A program made the position numbers and the translations under genes. A stretch of DNA of 64,000 bases, taken from positions 32,001 through 96,000 of the forward strand of contig JBFIHX010000001.1 of NCBI GenBank assembly GCA_041601615.1, read 5' to 3'. A model generated the notes under the pieces. It was given only the letters and a program-made list of their open reading frames with translations, ran no database searches and had not been told where the DNA came from. Source of the DNA: Thermoplasmatota archaeon. GTDB lineage: Archaea > Thermoplasmatota > E2 > JACPAO01 > JAHFTW01. Shown here one piece after another: positions 25,222 through 35,305 of this stretch; positions within the stretch are counted from its first letter, which is position 1; every line of letters starts with the position of its first letter.

Positions 25222-27350
25222 AAGCGGCGGATGCCGGAGCGCGACTTCGACCTTTCCTCACGAATCGATGCATGAAACTCGCATTGGTCGGCGAGTGGGC
25301 ACCTGATGCAGGCAGGAGCGTCGGCGTGGCAAGCGCGGCGGGCGATCTCGGCGTACAAGCCCAGCCGGGCATCGGGGCTGCGATGGTTTGTGTGTGCCAG
25401 CCGCGTGATTACTTCGATGGCGCGTTCCGGTCTCGTGCCGGTTGTGATGATGCCGACGCGTTCGGCCACGCGCGCAATGGCGGGAACATCGGCTTTGGAC
25501 CAGGGTGCGGTTGACCGGATGGGATTCGGCCGGGAATCCGGAGCTGCGGCGGAGGCGGCGGGACGTGTCTTCACGGGTTCTGCCTTGAATGCAACGTTGC
25601 TTGGCGGTTGCTTGGCAGAATCGGCGGGTGATGGCTTGGCGCTACGTCCGGGGCGCACCAATTCGCCTTCCACCAGCGGTATCTCCTGCATGGACGAGTC
25701 CGCCGAGGGTGTTGTTGGCCGTTGTGTGGGCGCAGCTTTTCGGGCGAGAGCGGTGGGCTCTGCGCGTACTGGCTCTGCCTCAGTCTCTGCCCCTGGTGCT
25801 GGGCCCATGCGGGGAATTGGTTCCACCGGATCTGGCCTCCGTGCAATGGGGCGAGGCGCTGGCTTGGGGCGAGCGGTCGCGGGATTGGCTGGGTCTTCGA
25901 CGACCTCGATGCTGCGGCCGCCGTGGCTGGTCATGCGAGGTCGAATCTCCACGAACACAGGCTGCGTAAGCCCTCCGCCGGCCACGAGGGCGCTGCCAAT
26001 GGCGAGGCGTTGCACTTCGTCGGCGGTCTGCGTGGTGATGCCCTCGACGCTGCTGACGATGGCTTTCAGGTCATTGGGATTCGTGACCTTGAGCACCACT
26101 TGCGTGTTGCACTGACTGAGCACGTTCTTGTCGATTTTTGCCGGCCTCTGGCTGACGATGACGAGGCCCATGCCGAATTTGCGGCCTTCGGAGGCAACGG
26201 TGCGTAGGATTGGGCCGCTGATGGCGTTGCCCACTCCGCGCTCGGGGCAGAAGTTGTGCGCCTCCTCGCAGACAAGAATGAATGGGGGGATGTCGCCGCG
26301 CTTGCGGGATTCCCAGAGGAGGCTGGTGAGCCGCGTGACGAGCACTTCTTGGATGTCGGGCGCTACTCCTTTGAGGTTGATGATGGAGCACTGTGCAGGG
26401 CGCACGAGGTCCCGCACGTCGTTGCCGCGAACATGAAAGAGTCCAGTGGCTTCGAGTGCTTCGAGGCTGTTGAGGACGTTCCATTTGGTCGCCGCCTTGT
26501 TGCGCGCCACCGCGTCCATGATGTCCTTGAGTGTGTAGGCCGGAAGGTGGTCCGTGACCTCCTTGACGGCTTGGTACAGGAGCCCCATTTGGCTGCCTTT
26601 GACGGATCCACCCATGAGGTCCACGAGTTCTCGACCGGTCAGGTTCATGCCCTCTAGGCGCAATTTTTCGGCGTCCGGATTGACGAATGTGTCTAGTGCA
26701 TACTCTTTGACTTGCTTGGCAAACGAACGGGGCTTGCTGCCGAAACGCGTCATGGTTTCCACTTCAGCGGGATCCACGTTGGCGTTGCGCAGGCTGCCGT
26801 ACTCCCCATGCGGATCTAGAATGACAAGCGGCACTCGGGCGTTGAGAAATTCTTCCAGGATCACGCCCACGGTGTACGACTTGCCTGCGCCGGTTTTGGC
26901 GAGCACGGAGACGTGCTTTTGGGCCAGCATGTTCATCGACAAGCGCACCGGGATGCTGCTTCCCTTGACGTGGCCAAGGTATGCACCGTCGGCGGCACCT
27001 TCGAGGCCCAAAATCTCCTGCACCAGGGCATCGTCGGCTCGGTACACTGCTTCGCCCGCTTTGAACGGCGTGCGGGGAACTTGGACGCGCCCGTGCGGGT
27101 CCATGAACCCAATGACGTGGACATTTCCCGAGAGCTTGTCTTCCGTGCTTGAGGCGCCGGAAACGGCATCCTCGAAGCTTAGGTTGGTCTTTCGAACCAC
27201 GTGCTGCACTTGGGCCAGAACGCTGCGGCCCGAGTGGTCCACGGAAATGTAGTCAAGACGCCGGAGGTCCCCATGAATTGCCACGTCGAAGTCGGTGCTT
27301 CCGACGTTGCCATAGATCACCCCCACTGCGTCCTGCATCTGGGTTTCCAT
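25209..27350 (-). CDS. HerA/FtsK-family ATPase with Pro/Ala linker and C-terminal EndoIII-type 4Fe-4S motif
   Basis: HAS-barrel-like N terminus, HVSVLAKTGAGKS, DPHGEY, EEAHNF, EGRKFG, SQRPAK; C-terminal C-x6-C-x2-C-x5-C. Confidence 0.88.
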   Translation of the reverse strand: METQMQDAVGVIYGNVGSTDFDVAIHGDLRRLDYISVDHSGRSVLAQVQHVVRKTNLSFEDAVSGASSTEDKLSGNVHVIGFMDPHGRVQVPRTPFKAGEAVYRADDALVQEILGLEGAADGAYLGHVKGSSIPVRLSMNMLAQKHVSVLAKTGAGKSYTVGVILEEFLNARVPLVILDPHGEYGSLRNANVDPAEVETMTRFGSKPRSFAKQVKEYALDTFVNPDAEKLRLEGMNLTGRELVDLMGGSVKGSQMGLLYQAVKEVTDHLPAYTLKDIMDAVARNKAATKWNVLNSLEALEATGLFHVRGNDVRDLVRPAQCSIINLKGVAPDIQEVLVTRLTSLLWESRKRGDIPPFILVCEEAHNFCPERGVGNAISGPILRTVASEGRKFGMGLVIVSQRPAKIDKNVLSQCNTQVVLKVTNPNDLKAIVSSVEGITTQTADEVQRLAIGSALVAGGGLTQPVFVEIRPRMTSHGGRSIEVVEDPANPATARPKPAPRPIARRPDPVEPIPRMGPAPGAETEAEPVRAEPTALARKAAPTQRPTTPSADSSMQEIPLVEGELVRPGRSAKPSPADSAKQPPSNVAFKAEPVKTRPAASAAAPDSRPNPIRSTAPWSKADVPAIARVAERVGIITTGTRPERAIEVITRLAHTNHRSPDARLGLYAEIARRACHADAPACIRCPLADQCEFHASIREERSKSRSGIRRLWNR

Positions 27351-27677
27351 GGTGGGGCCTGCCTTGAAGGTTCGGAACTGAAGCGGTCCTTCCAGTGGCT
27401 CCAGTGGAGGCACCCATGCCCTGAAATCCCCGCCAAAACCCCGATTTATTCCCGAGACTCAGGGATTGGATACAAATGACCCACTCCATTCCAAGCAAAT
27501 ACTTCCTCCCGAATGCTGCTCTTGGAACTCAGCCAGCAGCTCCCGGCGCGTCTGCATTATTGGGTGCCGGCACTGGAGGGGCCTAAACCCGATGGGAATC
27601 TGGGTCTTGCTTCGCCTAGGCGCTATTTCTTGACCATGCTGGGGTGAGGTGCGTTTGCTCCCGCCCCATGTTTGATG

Positions 27678-27923
27678 CTAAAGCATCTCAAGCTGCGACA
27701 TGATGTTCCACACCAATGTGCGGCCGTGCAGCGGGATGTTGGGGTCGTTGGCCATGTCGTCGAGCTTTGAGATGGCGCGCGCCTTGCGCACATCCATGGG
27801 CTCCTTGGCATCCAATAGAAGCGCCTTAATTTCGTCCGCGAGGCGGCGGATGTTGCGTGGGACGCTGCTGTCCTCAAGGAGCATGTCCAAGCCGGTGTTG
27901 ATGTTTTCGATTTTGGTGGCCAT
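27678..27923 (-). CDS. UPF0147 family archaeal protein
   Basis: DSSVPRNIRR...LDDMANDPNIPLHGRTLVWNIMSQLE; GGAGGTG RBS. Confidence 0.92.
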   Translation of the reverse strand: MATKIENINTGLDMLLEDSSVPRNIRRLADEIKALLLDAKEPMDVRKARAISKLDDMANDPNIPLHGRTLVWNIMSQLEML

Positions 27924-27988
27924 GGTGGCACCTCCGAAGGTAGGGCGGCCGACTTGGGCCCCTCTTGAAACGGTTTCGGTGGGCCCCC

Positions 27989-30274
27989 CTAGGTTGAACC
28001 GATTCGGGAAGGAGCGGGGCGGTCCAATATAGCGCGAATATCTGCCGCAACTTTGGTGCCAATGCCGGGCACCTGGGCCAGTGCTTCTTCGCTGGCCATA
28101 AACACTGCACTCACCGAGCCAAAATGGGCAAGCAGCGCGTCGGCTCTTTTTCCGGAGACGCCGGGGAGTCCGGCCAGGATGAACAATTGCGTATCGTCGT
28201 CGCTGCGGGGTGGCGCTGGACGGATGGCGAGCGCGCGATTTTCACGGCCCTGTTCTCTCTTGGCTACGGCATGCAGAAACCGTGCCGTTTCCAGGCTGTC
28301 TCTTGTCTGAAGGACGGGGATTCCGAAATCTACGGTGGTGCTGGCGAGGGCGGCCATGATTGCTTCTGGAGCGATGTTTCGATGGCCTTGGAGTCCTTCG
28401 CCTTCCAGAATCAGATAGGGTCGCGGGTAGGTCTTGAGGTTCTTCAGCTGCTCCCAGAGCCGGCCATCCACCAACGAATCAACGAAATCTTTTCCCGTTT
28501 TGCGTTCTATCGCTATCCTGTCGCTGAGAATGAAATCCGCTACTTCCAGCGTCCTTGTCTCGACTTGGACTCCCAATTGGCTCAGGTGCTTGACCACGCC
28601 ACCTGCCTGCTCACGGGCATCGCATATGATCTTGGGCCCTGGCGCAAATCCAACCTCGGCGGGAGCCCTAGACTCTGGCAAAGCTTGGGGCGCGCCCAAC
28701 CGCTGTTGGCCCAATGCCACACCTCGGGGCACTTCTGGGCGGCCAGCCATTTTGGCTCGCAGCCCCATCAACTCCTTGACCATCGCCTGCTCCTTGCGGC
28801 GGCTGCTCCAATGTGCCGCTTCGTCGCTGGTGCCCTTGGTCATGAGCACCACGACTCGGCCGTCTCGACTGCGGCCTGTGCGGCCCCGGCGTTGAATACT
28901 TCGAATCTCGGAGGGAATGGGCTCGTAGAACACCACGAGGTCGGTTTGAGGCACATCCAGGCCTTCTTCGGCGACACTGGTGGCCACTAGGACGTTGTGT
29001 TCGCCGGCGCGGAACCGGTCCAGAAGAGCACCTTGCTGCTTTTGGGTCAGACCGTCCTGGCCCTTGCGCTTGCCCTGTCCAACAAACACCACGGGCGAAA
29101 CCCCTTCGAGCTTGGCAAGCCGGGCCGCGACCGCCTCACAGGTGCTCCGGTAGTGGGTGAAGACAATGGCTTTGGAAGCTGGATCTTTTTCGAGTTGTTC
29201 CTGGACGAGTGCTTGCACGCGCCCCATTTTGGGGTTCTCGGATTCATCGTGCCGGGCAACATGAAACGCCTGAATCACTTCAGGATCGTCCACGATGGAG
29301 CGTGTGGCCTTGCTGGACTTGGGGCTGTCTGATTCCTTGCGAAGTTGTTCAATGTAGGCGACGAACGCACCCGAGCCTTGCGTCTGCGCCTGTTCGAGCG
29401 CGTGCAGGATTTTCATAGCCTGCGCTTGGAGACTGAGCGCCTTGAACCAAGAAGGGTCTGGTTCTGTGGTGCTCGCCACGGCGCGTTGGGCCTTGCGGCC
29501 AGCTTCGAGCAGCTTCATGCGCGTGGGGCGGCCCGTGGCGTCCAGGATGTTCAATTCCCGCAGAATCCGAACTCGTTTTTGCAGAGCGTCTTCCAGCAGG
29601 CGCCGTACTTTTTCCATGGCCTCTGGCAGCGGAAGTGTTTCCCAATCGGTCTTGATTTCCTGCACGTACTCCGACACATCCGGGTCGTTGGGCGTGCGGA
29701 TTTCCACATGTTCCAGTCCCAAATGAAGTCGGACTTCGTCGATTTTTTGGATGTCGTGGCCGGGACTCGCAGTGAGGCCGAGTCGGCGGTGGCGCGGGGC
29801 GCGACGTTGCAGCGTGTCTCCGATGAAGGCGTAGGGGTACTCCCCTACGGCTCGGTGGCATTCGTCGTAGACGACCCAATCGAATGCGGGGTCCACGCGG
29901 TCACTCACGAGGTCGTTTTGGATGACCTGGGGTGTGGCGACCACGATGCTGGCGCCCTCATAGGCTTGCTTGCGCGTCTCTGGGCTTACGTGGCCGGTGA
30001 GGACACGCACGCGGTCGCTCCAGGGGGCGACGAGGGTTTCGCGCAGAAACGCTCCGTGTTGTTCCACGAGTGGCTTTGTAGGTGCAAGAAGGAGGATCCG
30101 TTGCGCACCGGCATCGACTGCGTCCGCCAGTGCCAAAACGGCTACCACCGTTTTGCCCATGCCGGTGGGGAGCACCACGAGGGTGTCGCGCCGACCCGCG
30201 ATGCGGGCAAGATTCGCCTGGTAGCCGCGAAACGCGAAGGTCTCGGGACGCAGGCGCGGATGGGCAAGGAACAA
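27989..30274 (-). CDS. hef: Hef helicase/XPF(ERCC4) nuclease
   Basis: LPTGMGKT, DECH, LTASPG, TSVAEEGLD, QRRGRTGR, ERKT..DF..S..DGRL, C-terminal HhH. Confidence 0.95.
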   Translation of the reverse strand: MFLAHPRLRPETFAFRGYQANLARIAGRRDTLVVLPTGMGKTVVAVLALADAVDAGAQRILLLAPTKPLVEQHGAFLRETLVAPWSDRVRVLTGHVSPETRKQAYEGASIVVATPQVIQNDLVSDRVDPAFDWVVYDECHRAVGEYPYAFIGDTLQRRAPRHRRLGLTASPGHDIQKIDEVRLHLGLEHVEIRTPNDPDVSEYVQEIKTDWETLPLPEAMEKVRRLLEDALQKRVRILRELNILDATGRPTRMKLLEAGRKAQRAVASTTEPDPSWFKALSLQAQAMKILHALEQAQTQGSGAFVAYIEQLRKESDSPKSSKATRSIVDDPEVIQAFHVARHDESENPKMGRVQALVQEQLEKDPASKAIVFTHYRSTCEAVAARLAKLEGVSPVVFVGQGKRKGQDGLTQKQQGALLDRFRAGEHNVLVATSVAEEGLDVPQTDLVVFYEPIPSEIRSIQRRGRTGRSRDGRVVVLMTKGTSDEAAHWSSRRKEQAMVKELMGLRAKMAGRPEVPRGVALGQQRLGAPQALPESRAPAEVGFAPGPKIICDAREQAGGVVKHLSQLGVQVETRTLEVADFILSDRIAIERKTGKDFVDSLVDGRLWEQLKNLKTYPRPYLILEGEGLQGHRNIAPEAIMAALASTTVDFGIPVLQTRDSLETARFLHAVAKREQGRENRALAIRPAPPRSDDDTQLFILAGLPGVSGKRADALLAHFGSVSAVFMASEEALAQVPGIGTKVAADIRAILDRPAPSRIGST

Positions 30275-30329
30275 CGGGCGTCCACAGGGCCGCCCCCCTT
30301 CAACGCTTCGTGGGTAGGGGCAGGCGAAA

Positions 30330-31340
30330 CTACGCTCGATCGAGTCGGTCCAAGTGCACTACGTCGGGGTCCACGCGCCCGTCGTCGATGGCTGCCATGA
30401 TCTGAAGGATGGTGTCGTTGACCGGCGTCTGGATGTTGTGGCGGCGGGCGGCTTCGGTGATGGCTCCGTTGAGGTGGACGGCTTCGCTTCGCTGGCCCTT
30501 CAGACGGCTTTGCAGGCTGCTGGAGCGATATCGTCGGAACTTGCGCCGCATCACCATCAGAATCGCATTGCGCACCGGTAGTCGCGTCCCTAGAGGCGGC
30601 AGCGCCATGATGCTAGGCTCAATGCCAAGCAGTTTCTCGAATTGCACGCCTTCGGACATGCCCGCCTCGAAGCCTTCGGTGTAGATCCGCAGAAACGCTC
30701 GGCGGGCACGTTTGTCGGCCAAGAGGTCGCCAAAGTCGAGGCCCGTGAGTGCTCCGAGCGTGGTGCTGGCAGAGTTGACGAGCAATTTGCTCCATTGGAT
30801 GCCTCGCATGTTGGCGTGCACCCGCGTGGGGGCCACGGCCGCGAGCGCTTCGGCTGCCGCATTTGGGTCTGTGACGGAAGCCATCGAGTGGTCCGGCCAG
30901 GGTCCGAGTATCAATTCCCCTGCCCCCGTCTGATGGCTTCGTCCATTGCTCTCCAGAGTTGCAGGAAACGCCACGGTGCAGGCAAGAAATTGATCTGGAC
31001 AAAGTGGGGCAATTTCGTCGCCCTGGAGGCCGTTGAGGAGGCTGACAACCGCACCATGGGGCGCCAGCGCGGGCAACCACGTCTTGAGTGCCTTCTTGGC
31101 GGCGTCGATTTTCGTGGCCAGCACAAGCAAATCCACCGAGCCCGGGAGGTCCTTCACACGGGCCACGGCGGGCACCTTGGCCACCACTTGGCTGCCGTCG
31201 GGCGCAATGGCAACCAGGGGGCCATGCTCGGAAGCGCGCGCCTTGTTTCGATAGCCCAGCCATACCTCGTGCCCCCCGTGGGCCAGGCGGGCGGCAAAGC
31301 AGACACCGAGAGCTCCGGGGCCGACGACCAGGATGCGCAT
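30330..31340 (-). CDS. panE: Ketopantoate reductase family protein
   Basis: ILVVGPGALG, LATK, LNG, WSKLLVN, SS.QS...G..SE...LNG. Confidence 0.85.
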   Translation of the reverse strand: MRILVVGPGALGVCFAARLAHGGHEVWLGYRNKARASEHGPLVAIAPDGSQVVAKVPAVARVKDLPGSVDLLVLATKIDAAKKALKTWLPALAPHGAVVSLLNGLQGDEIAPLCPDQFLACTVAFPATLESNGRSHQTGAGELILGPWPDHSMASVTDPNAAAEALAAVAPTRVHANMRGIQWSKLLVNSASTTLGALTGLDFGDLLADKRARRAFLRIYTEGFEAGMSEGVQFEKLLGIEPSIMALPPLGTRLPVRNAILMVMRRKFRRYRSSSLQSRLKGQRSEAVHLNGAITEAARRHNIQTPVNDTILQIMAAIDDGRVDPDVVHLDRLDRA

Positions 31341-31413
31341 GCACCCGCGAGCCGCCTGTCGAATTCGATGGTTTGGGTCCGAGCCGGCACCGTTTGAGGC
31401 CCTGGCCATTTCG

Positions 31414-31530
31414 TTACCCCTCCATTGCAGATGCAACTGCTTCCCTGTTGGCCGTATACCCCTTGATTTCCTGTGGAACTGCCTCGGCTACAGGTGTCGG
31501 CTGTTTGAGCGGCTTCGCGTAAAGGTTCAT
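31414..31530 (-). CDS. Candidate 38-aa small protein MNLYAKPLKQPTPVAEAVPQEIKGYTANREAVASAMEG
   Basis: ATG preceded by GGGGATG; fills part of the panE-mcm intergenic gap. Confidence 0.35.
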   Translation of the reverse strand: MNLYAKPLKQPTPVAEAVPQEIKGYTANREAVASAMEG

Positions 31531-31552
31531 GTGCATCCCCCATTTGGTCGAA

Positions 31553-31691
31553 TCCCCGGTGATGGGAGGGTCGGCGTTGCTGGCCTCACGAGGAGGGGGA
31601 CACGAGTGCGGGATGGAGCGGAAGCTATGCTTCTCCTGCACTCGTGTTTTCCACCGGGACGGGCAGCCCTGCCCCCAAGTGGTGGATCAGC
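31553..31691 (+). ncRNA. Candidate structured RNA upstream of mcm
   Basis: 19-bp stem 31595-31613/31634-31652 with G-U pairs, inner AGC-GGAA-GCT GNRA loop; 20-nt motif shared with 42783-42802. Confidence 0.45.
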
Positions 31692-31742
31692 GTACTTTCA
31701 TCCACCACTCGAAAAGGCGCAACTACGGGTGGTCAATCAGGT

Positions 31743-33854
31743 ATGCAGGACATGCAGGCGTTTACGGTTCAGGACAGTCAACTTTCTGCAAAATGGGAGG
31801 GTTTCCTCCTCGATTACTGCAAGCAACAAGTGCAACAGGCCGCACTCGACTACCCTGAGGTGCGCAGCGTCGAAGTCCAATTCAACGACATTCAGCTGCG
31901 CGACCCCGAATTAGCCGACTACATCCTGCAACGACCCCGCCACAGCATGCGCGTGGGCACCACCACCCTGTACCAAGTCGACGTAACGGTCGAGCCCAAG
32001 CCGCGATTGGCGCTCCGCATTACGGGCTTGCCCGAGTCCTGTCGCATCATCCCTCGGGAGTTGCGCGCAGAGCATCTGAGCAAGTTTCTCGCCGTGGAAG
32101 GCCTCGTCAAAAAGGTCACAGAAGTACGCCCCATGATGCTCGAAGCCGCCTTTGAGTGCAAGGCGTGCGGCAACCTCGTCCATGTGTTCCAAGACGAGGA
32201 GCTGCTGCAGGAGCCGGTCCAGTGCGACAACTGCGAGCGGCAGACTTCTTGGCGCATCAAGGAGGACATGAGTCGGTTCGTGGACCACCAAAAAGTCGAG
32301 ATCCAGGAGACGCCCGAGGGGTTGCGCGGCGGCGCCCAGCCGGAACGCCTGACCATCCACATGCGAGAAGACCTCGTCCACATGGTCTCCCCCGGCGACC
32401 GCATCCGAATGAACGGAGTCCTTATCACCGAGGCTCGTCGCCAAGGCAACCAGAAAAAAGCAGAGTTCAACAAGGTGCTCGAAGCCGTCAGCGTGGAGCA
32501 CCAAGAGAAGGCGTTCCAGGAAATCAAGCTCTCCGAAGAAGACGAGCAAATGATTCTGGAAATGAGCCGCGACCCAACCATTTACGACCGGTTCCGGCGC
32601 AGCTTTGCGCCGACCATTTTCGGCCACGACATGGAGAAGGACGCCCTCATCATGACACTCTTTGGCGGAGTGGCCAAGCACTACAAGGACGGCAGCCGGA
32701 ACCGCGGCGACATCCACGTTCTCATGGTCGGCGACCCCGGTGTAGCCAAGTCGCAACTCATCCGCTACCTCTCCAAACTTGCCCCCCGCGCCGTGTTCAC
32801 CAGCGGCAAAAGTGCCAGTGCCGCCGGCCTCACCGCGGCCGCAGTCAAGGACGAGTTCGGCGAAGGCCAATGGACTCTGGAAGCCGGTGCTTTGGTCATG
32901 GCCGACCAGGGCATTGCTTGTATCGACGAATTGGACAAAATGTCAACGCAGGACCAGAGCAGCATGCACCAGGCGATGGAGCAGCAAGAAATTAGCATCG
33001 CCAAGGCCGGCATTTCGGCCACCCTCAAGGCCCGTTGTGCCGTCGTGGGTGCCGCCAACCCCAAGCTTGGCCGTTTCGACGAATACGAGCCAATCCACGC
33101 GCAGATCAACATGCCCCCGGCCCTCCTGAGCCGCTTTGACCTCATCTTCAGCCTCCTCGACAAACCGACTCGAGACAAGGACACACGGCTCGCCGCACAC
33201 ATTCTGCGCACCCACCAAGCGGGAGAGGTTCGTGAGCATCGCATGGCGCACCCACTGGGCGTGTACACGGTCGAGGACGAGGACTCCTTGATGAAGAAGG
33301 CGGAGCCGGAAATTGAAGCGGATCTGTTTCGAAAATATGTGGCCTACTCCAAACGCCACATTTTCCCCGTGCTCTCGGACGAAGCCATAGCCCGCATCCA
33401 AGAGTACTACGTCGACTTGCGCAACAGCGGCGACGGCAGCCTACCGTTCACGGCTCGCCAACTCGAAGCGTTCGTTCGTTTGGCCGAGGCGTCTGCCCGC
33501 ATCCGATTGTCCCAAGAAGCGACCATTGAGGACGCCGAGCGTGGCATCCGCATCGTAGAATACTACCTTCAGAGCGTCGGCGTGGACCGCGAGACGGGCA
33601 AATTCGACATCGACGTGATTGCCACCGGAGTCAGCCACAGCCAGCACGACCGTGTGCGCATGATGCAAGAGATCATCCGCAACTTGGCCAATGCATCCGA
33701 GAAGGGCTTTGCTCGCGAAGAGGACATCATGGAGGAGGCGGAACGGCAAAGCATCCCTGCCGCAGAGGCCCGCAAATCCCTGGAAACACTGCGCCGAAAC
33801 AACTCCGTGTATGCAAAGGGCGGCAGTGGCACCTACGCACCCCTGAACCCATAG
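31743..33854 (+). CDS. mcm: Replicative helicase MCM
   Basis: Zn finger CKAC..CDNC, GDPGVAKSQ, IDELDKM, AMEQQ, LLSRFDL, TARQLE; no intein. Confidence 0.98.
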   Translation: MQDMQAFTVQDSQLSAKWEGFLLDYCKQQVQQAALDYPEVRSVEVQFNDIQLRDPELADYILQRPRHSMRVGTTTLYQVDVTVEPKPRLALRITGLPESCRIIPRELRAEHLSKFLAVEGLVKKVTEVRPMMLEAAFECKACGNLVHVFQDEELLQEPVQCDNCERQTSWRIKEDMSRFVDHQKVEIQETPEGLRGGAQPERLTIHMREDLVHMVSPGDRIRMNGVLITEARRQGNQKKAEFNKVLEAVSVEHQEKAFQEIKLSEEDEQMILEMSRDPTIYDRFRRSFAPTIFGHDMEKDALIMTLFGGVAKHYKDGSRNRGDIHVLMVGDPGVAKSQLIRYLSKLAPRAVFTSGKSASAAGLTAAAVKDEFGEGQWTLEAGALVMADQGIACIDELDKMSTQDQSSMHQAMEQQEISIAKAGISATLKARCAVVGAANPKLGRFDEYEPIHAQINMPPALLSRFDLIFSLLDKPTRDKDTRLAAHILRTHQAGEVREHRMAHPLGVYTVEDEDSLMKKAEPEIEADLFRKYVAYSKRHIFPVLSDEAIARIQEYYVDLRNSGDGSLPFTARQLEAFVRLAEASARIRLSQEATIEDAERGIRIVEYYLQSVGVDRETGKFDIDVIATGVSHSQHDRVRMMQEIIRNLANASEKGFAREEDIMEEAERQSIPAAEARKSLETLRRNNSVYAKGGSGTYAPLNP

Positions 33855-33887
33855 TTCCATCTAGACGACCGAAGTCGCGCGCCCAAC

Positions 33888-34184
33888 ATGTTCTCGGTTC
33901 ACAACTACCAGCAGGGCGTGCAGCGACTTCTTGCCGCGTGCGACGCTGAACTGTTGGGAACGAGCTACAGGGAAGGCGAGCGCCGCCTGGATGTGTCCGA
34001 GCAGTTCTACGGCGGCAGCGATGCTGACGAAGAGCAGTTGCGGGGTTTCCTGGGGCAGTGTACCATGGCGAACCTCGTCGGAGACAAGGTCATCAACGTG
34101 GCCGTGGGCTTGGGACTTATTGACCCTGCCAACATTCAGACTGTCCAAGGGGTCCCGCATGCCCAATACATGCTGTTGATGTGA
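33888..34184 (+). CDS. DUF424 family protein
   Basis: LLAACDAELLG..Y.EG..LDVSEQFYGG...ANLVG...GVPHAQ. Confidence 0.9.
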   Translation: MFSVHNYQQGVQRLLAACDAELLGTSYREGERRLDVSEQFYGGSDADEEQLRGFLGQCTMANLVGDKVINVAVGLGLIDPANIQTVQGVPHAQYMLLM

Positions 34185-35242
34185 ACATGCTCTGCGTCGA
34201 ATGTGGAACAGAAGTGGAACGCCTCATCGGCGGGTCCTGCCCGGAGTGCTTTGTACGAATTACGCCCCTGATGACTCTACCACTTGTCGTGAAGATCGAG
34301 TTGTGCGCGCACTGTGGCTCGCGCAAACAAGGCGCCCATTGGTACGATCCTGGAGAATCGCCGGAGGATTGGGTACGCGAAGAGACGGTGCGTGGCTCCG
34401 CGCTCGTGCATGAACGCGTGGACAATCCCGTGGTGTACACGGAGGGCCGTCAATTGGACGAACGTACATTCCAGTACGAAGTCGAAATGAGGGGTTCCGT
34501 GGAGGGCGTGCCACTCTCCGAGAAAGGAACCGTTCGATTGCGTCGCGTCAAGAGCGTCTGTGAGCGCTGCAGCCGCATGGCGGGCGGATTCTTTGCGGCC
34601 ACCATCCAGTTTCGCGCCACCGACCGCGACGTACGCCCGGACGAACTGGAGCGGGCACACAAAATCGTTGCCAAGGACCTAGAGCGGCAATTGGACAGCG
34701 GCAACCGAGCGGCGTTCCTGAGCAAGGACAATCCGATGCACGGCGGCCATGACTATTTCATCGGCGACATCGACGCAGCGCGCAATGTCAGCCGCATCCT
34801 CAAAGATCGATTCGGTGCCACCGTGAACGAAGCGGCCAAACTGGTGGGTCGCAAGGAAGGCGAAGATGTGTATCGCGTGACGTTCCTGGTGCGGATTCAT
34901 CTGTATTCGGCGGGCGACATTGCGGAGTATGACCACAAGCCCTACGCAATCATGGCCGTCAACAAAGGCGGCAAGCTCTCGGTAATGGACTTGGAGGACC
35001 ACCGCCGCGACCGCCTGCACGAAGACCGCATCAAGCGCCTTGGGGGGCCAGAGTTGCTTCTTCAGGCCGTGAAGGTGTCCGTGGACGACTCCGGCGTGCA
35101 AGTGCTCGATCCCGCCTCCTTCCGCACCGAGACGGTCCTTGTCCCTCCTGGAGAGGACATTGGCGAGACGATTCCGGTGCTCCGTTACGAAGATCGGCTC
35201 TACTGGGCCCCGGATCCGACCCGCGCGACAAACAATTCTTAA
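34181..35242 (+). CDS. NMD3 family ribosome biogenesis protein
   Basis: Four CxxC pairs (CVEC, CPEC, CAHC, CERC) and GGFFAATIQFR. Confidence 0.9.
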   Translation: MNMLCVECGTEVERLIGGSCPECFVRITPLMTLPLVVKIELCAHCGSRKQGAHWYDPGESPEDWVREETVRGSALVHERVDNPVVYTEGRQLDERTFQYEVEMRGSVEGVPLSEKGTVRLRRVKSVCERCSRMAGGFFAATIQFRATDRDVRPDELERAHKIVAKDLERQLDSGNRAAFLSKDNPMHGGHDYFIGDIDAARNVSRILKDRFGATVNEAAKLVGRKEGEDVYRVTFLVRIHLYSAGDIAEYDHKPYAIMAVNKGGKLSVMDLEDHRRDRLHEDRIKRLGGPELLLQAVKVSVDDSGVQVLDPASFRTETVLVPPGEDIGETIPVLRYEDRLYWAPDPTRATNNS

Positions 35243-35305
35243 ATAGTGCGGGAGTCAGAGGATGGGGCGCTACCTCGGCGTATACGGCGCCGGTTGGAGG
35301 GACAA

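Noticed and set aside
27476-27586. 36-aa ORF MTHSIPSKYFLPN... with an upstream TTTATT
   Set aside because: Low-complexity product, no RBS or recognisable motif; insufficient support.
31743-33854. Intein in MCM
   Set aside because: Length (~700 aa) and contiguous Walker motifs show no insertion.
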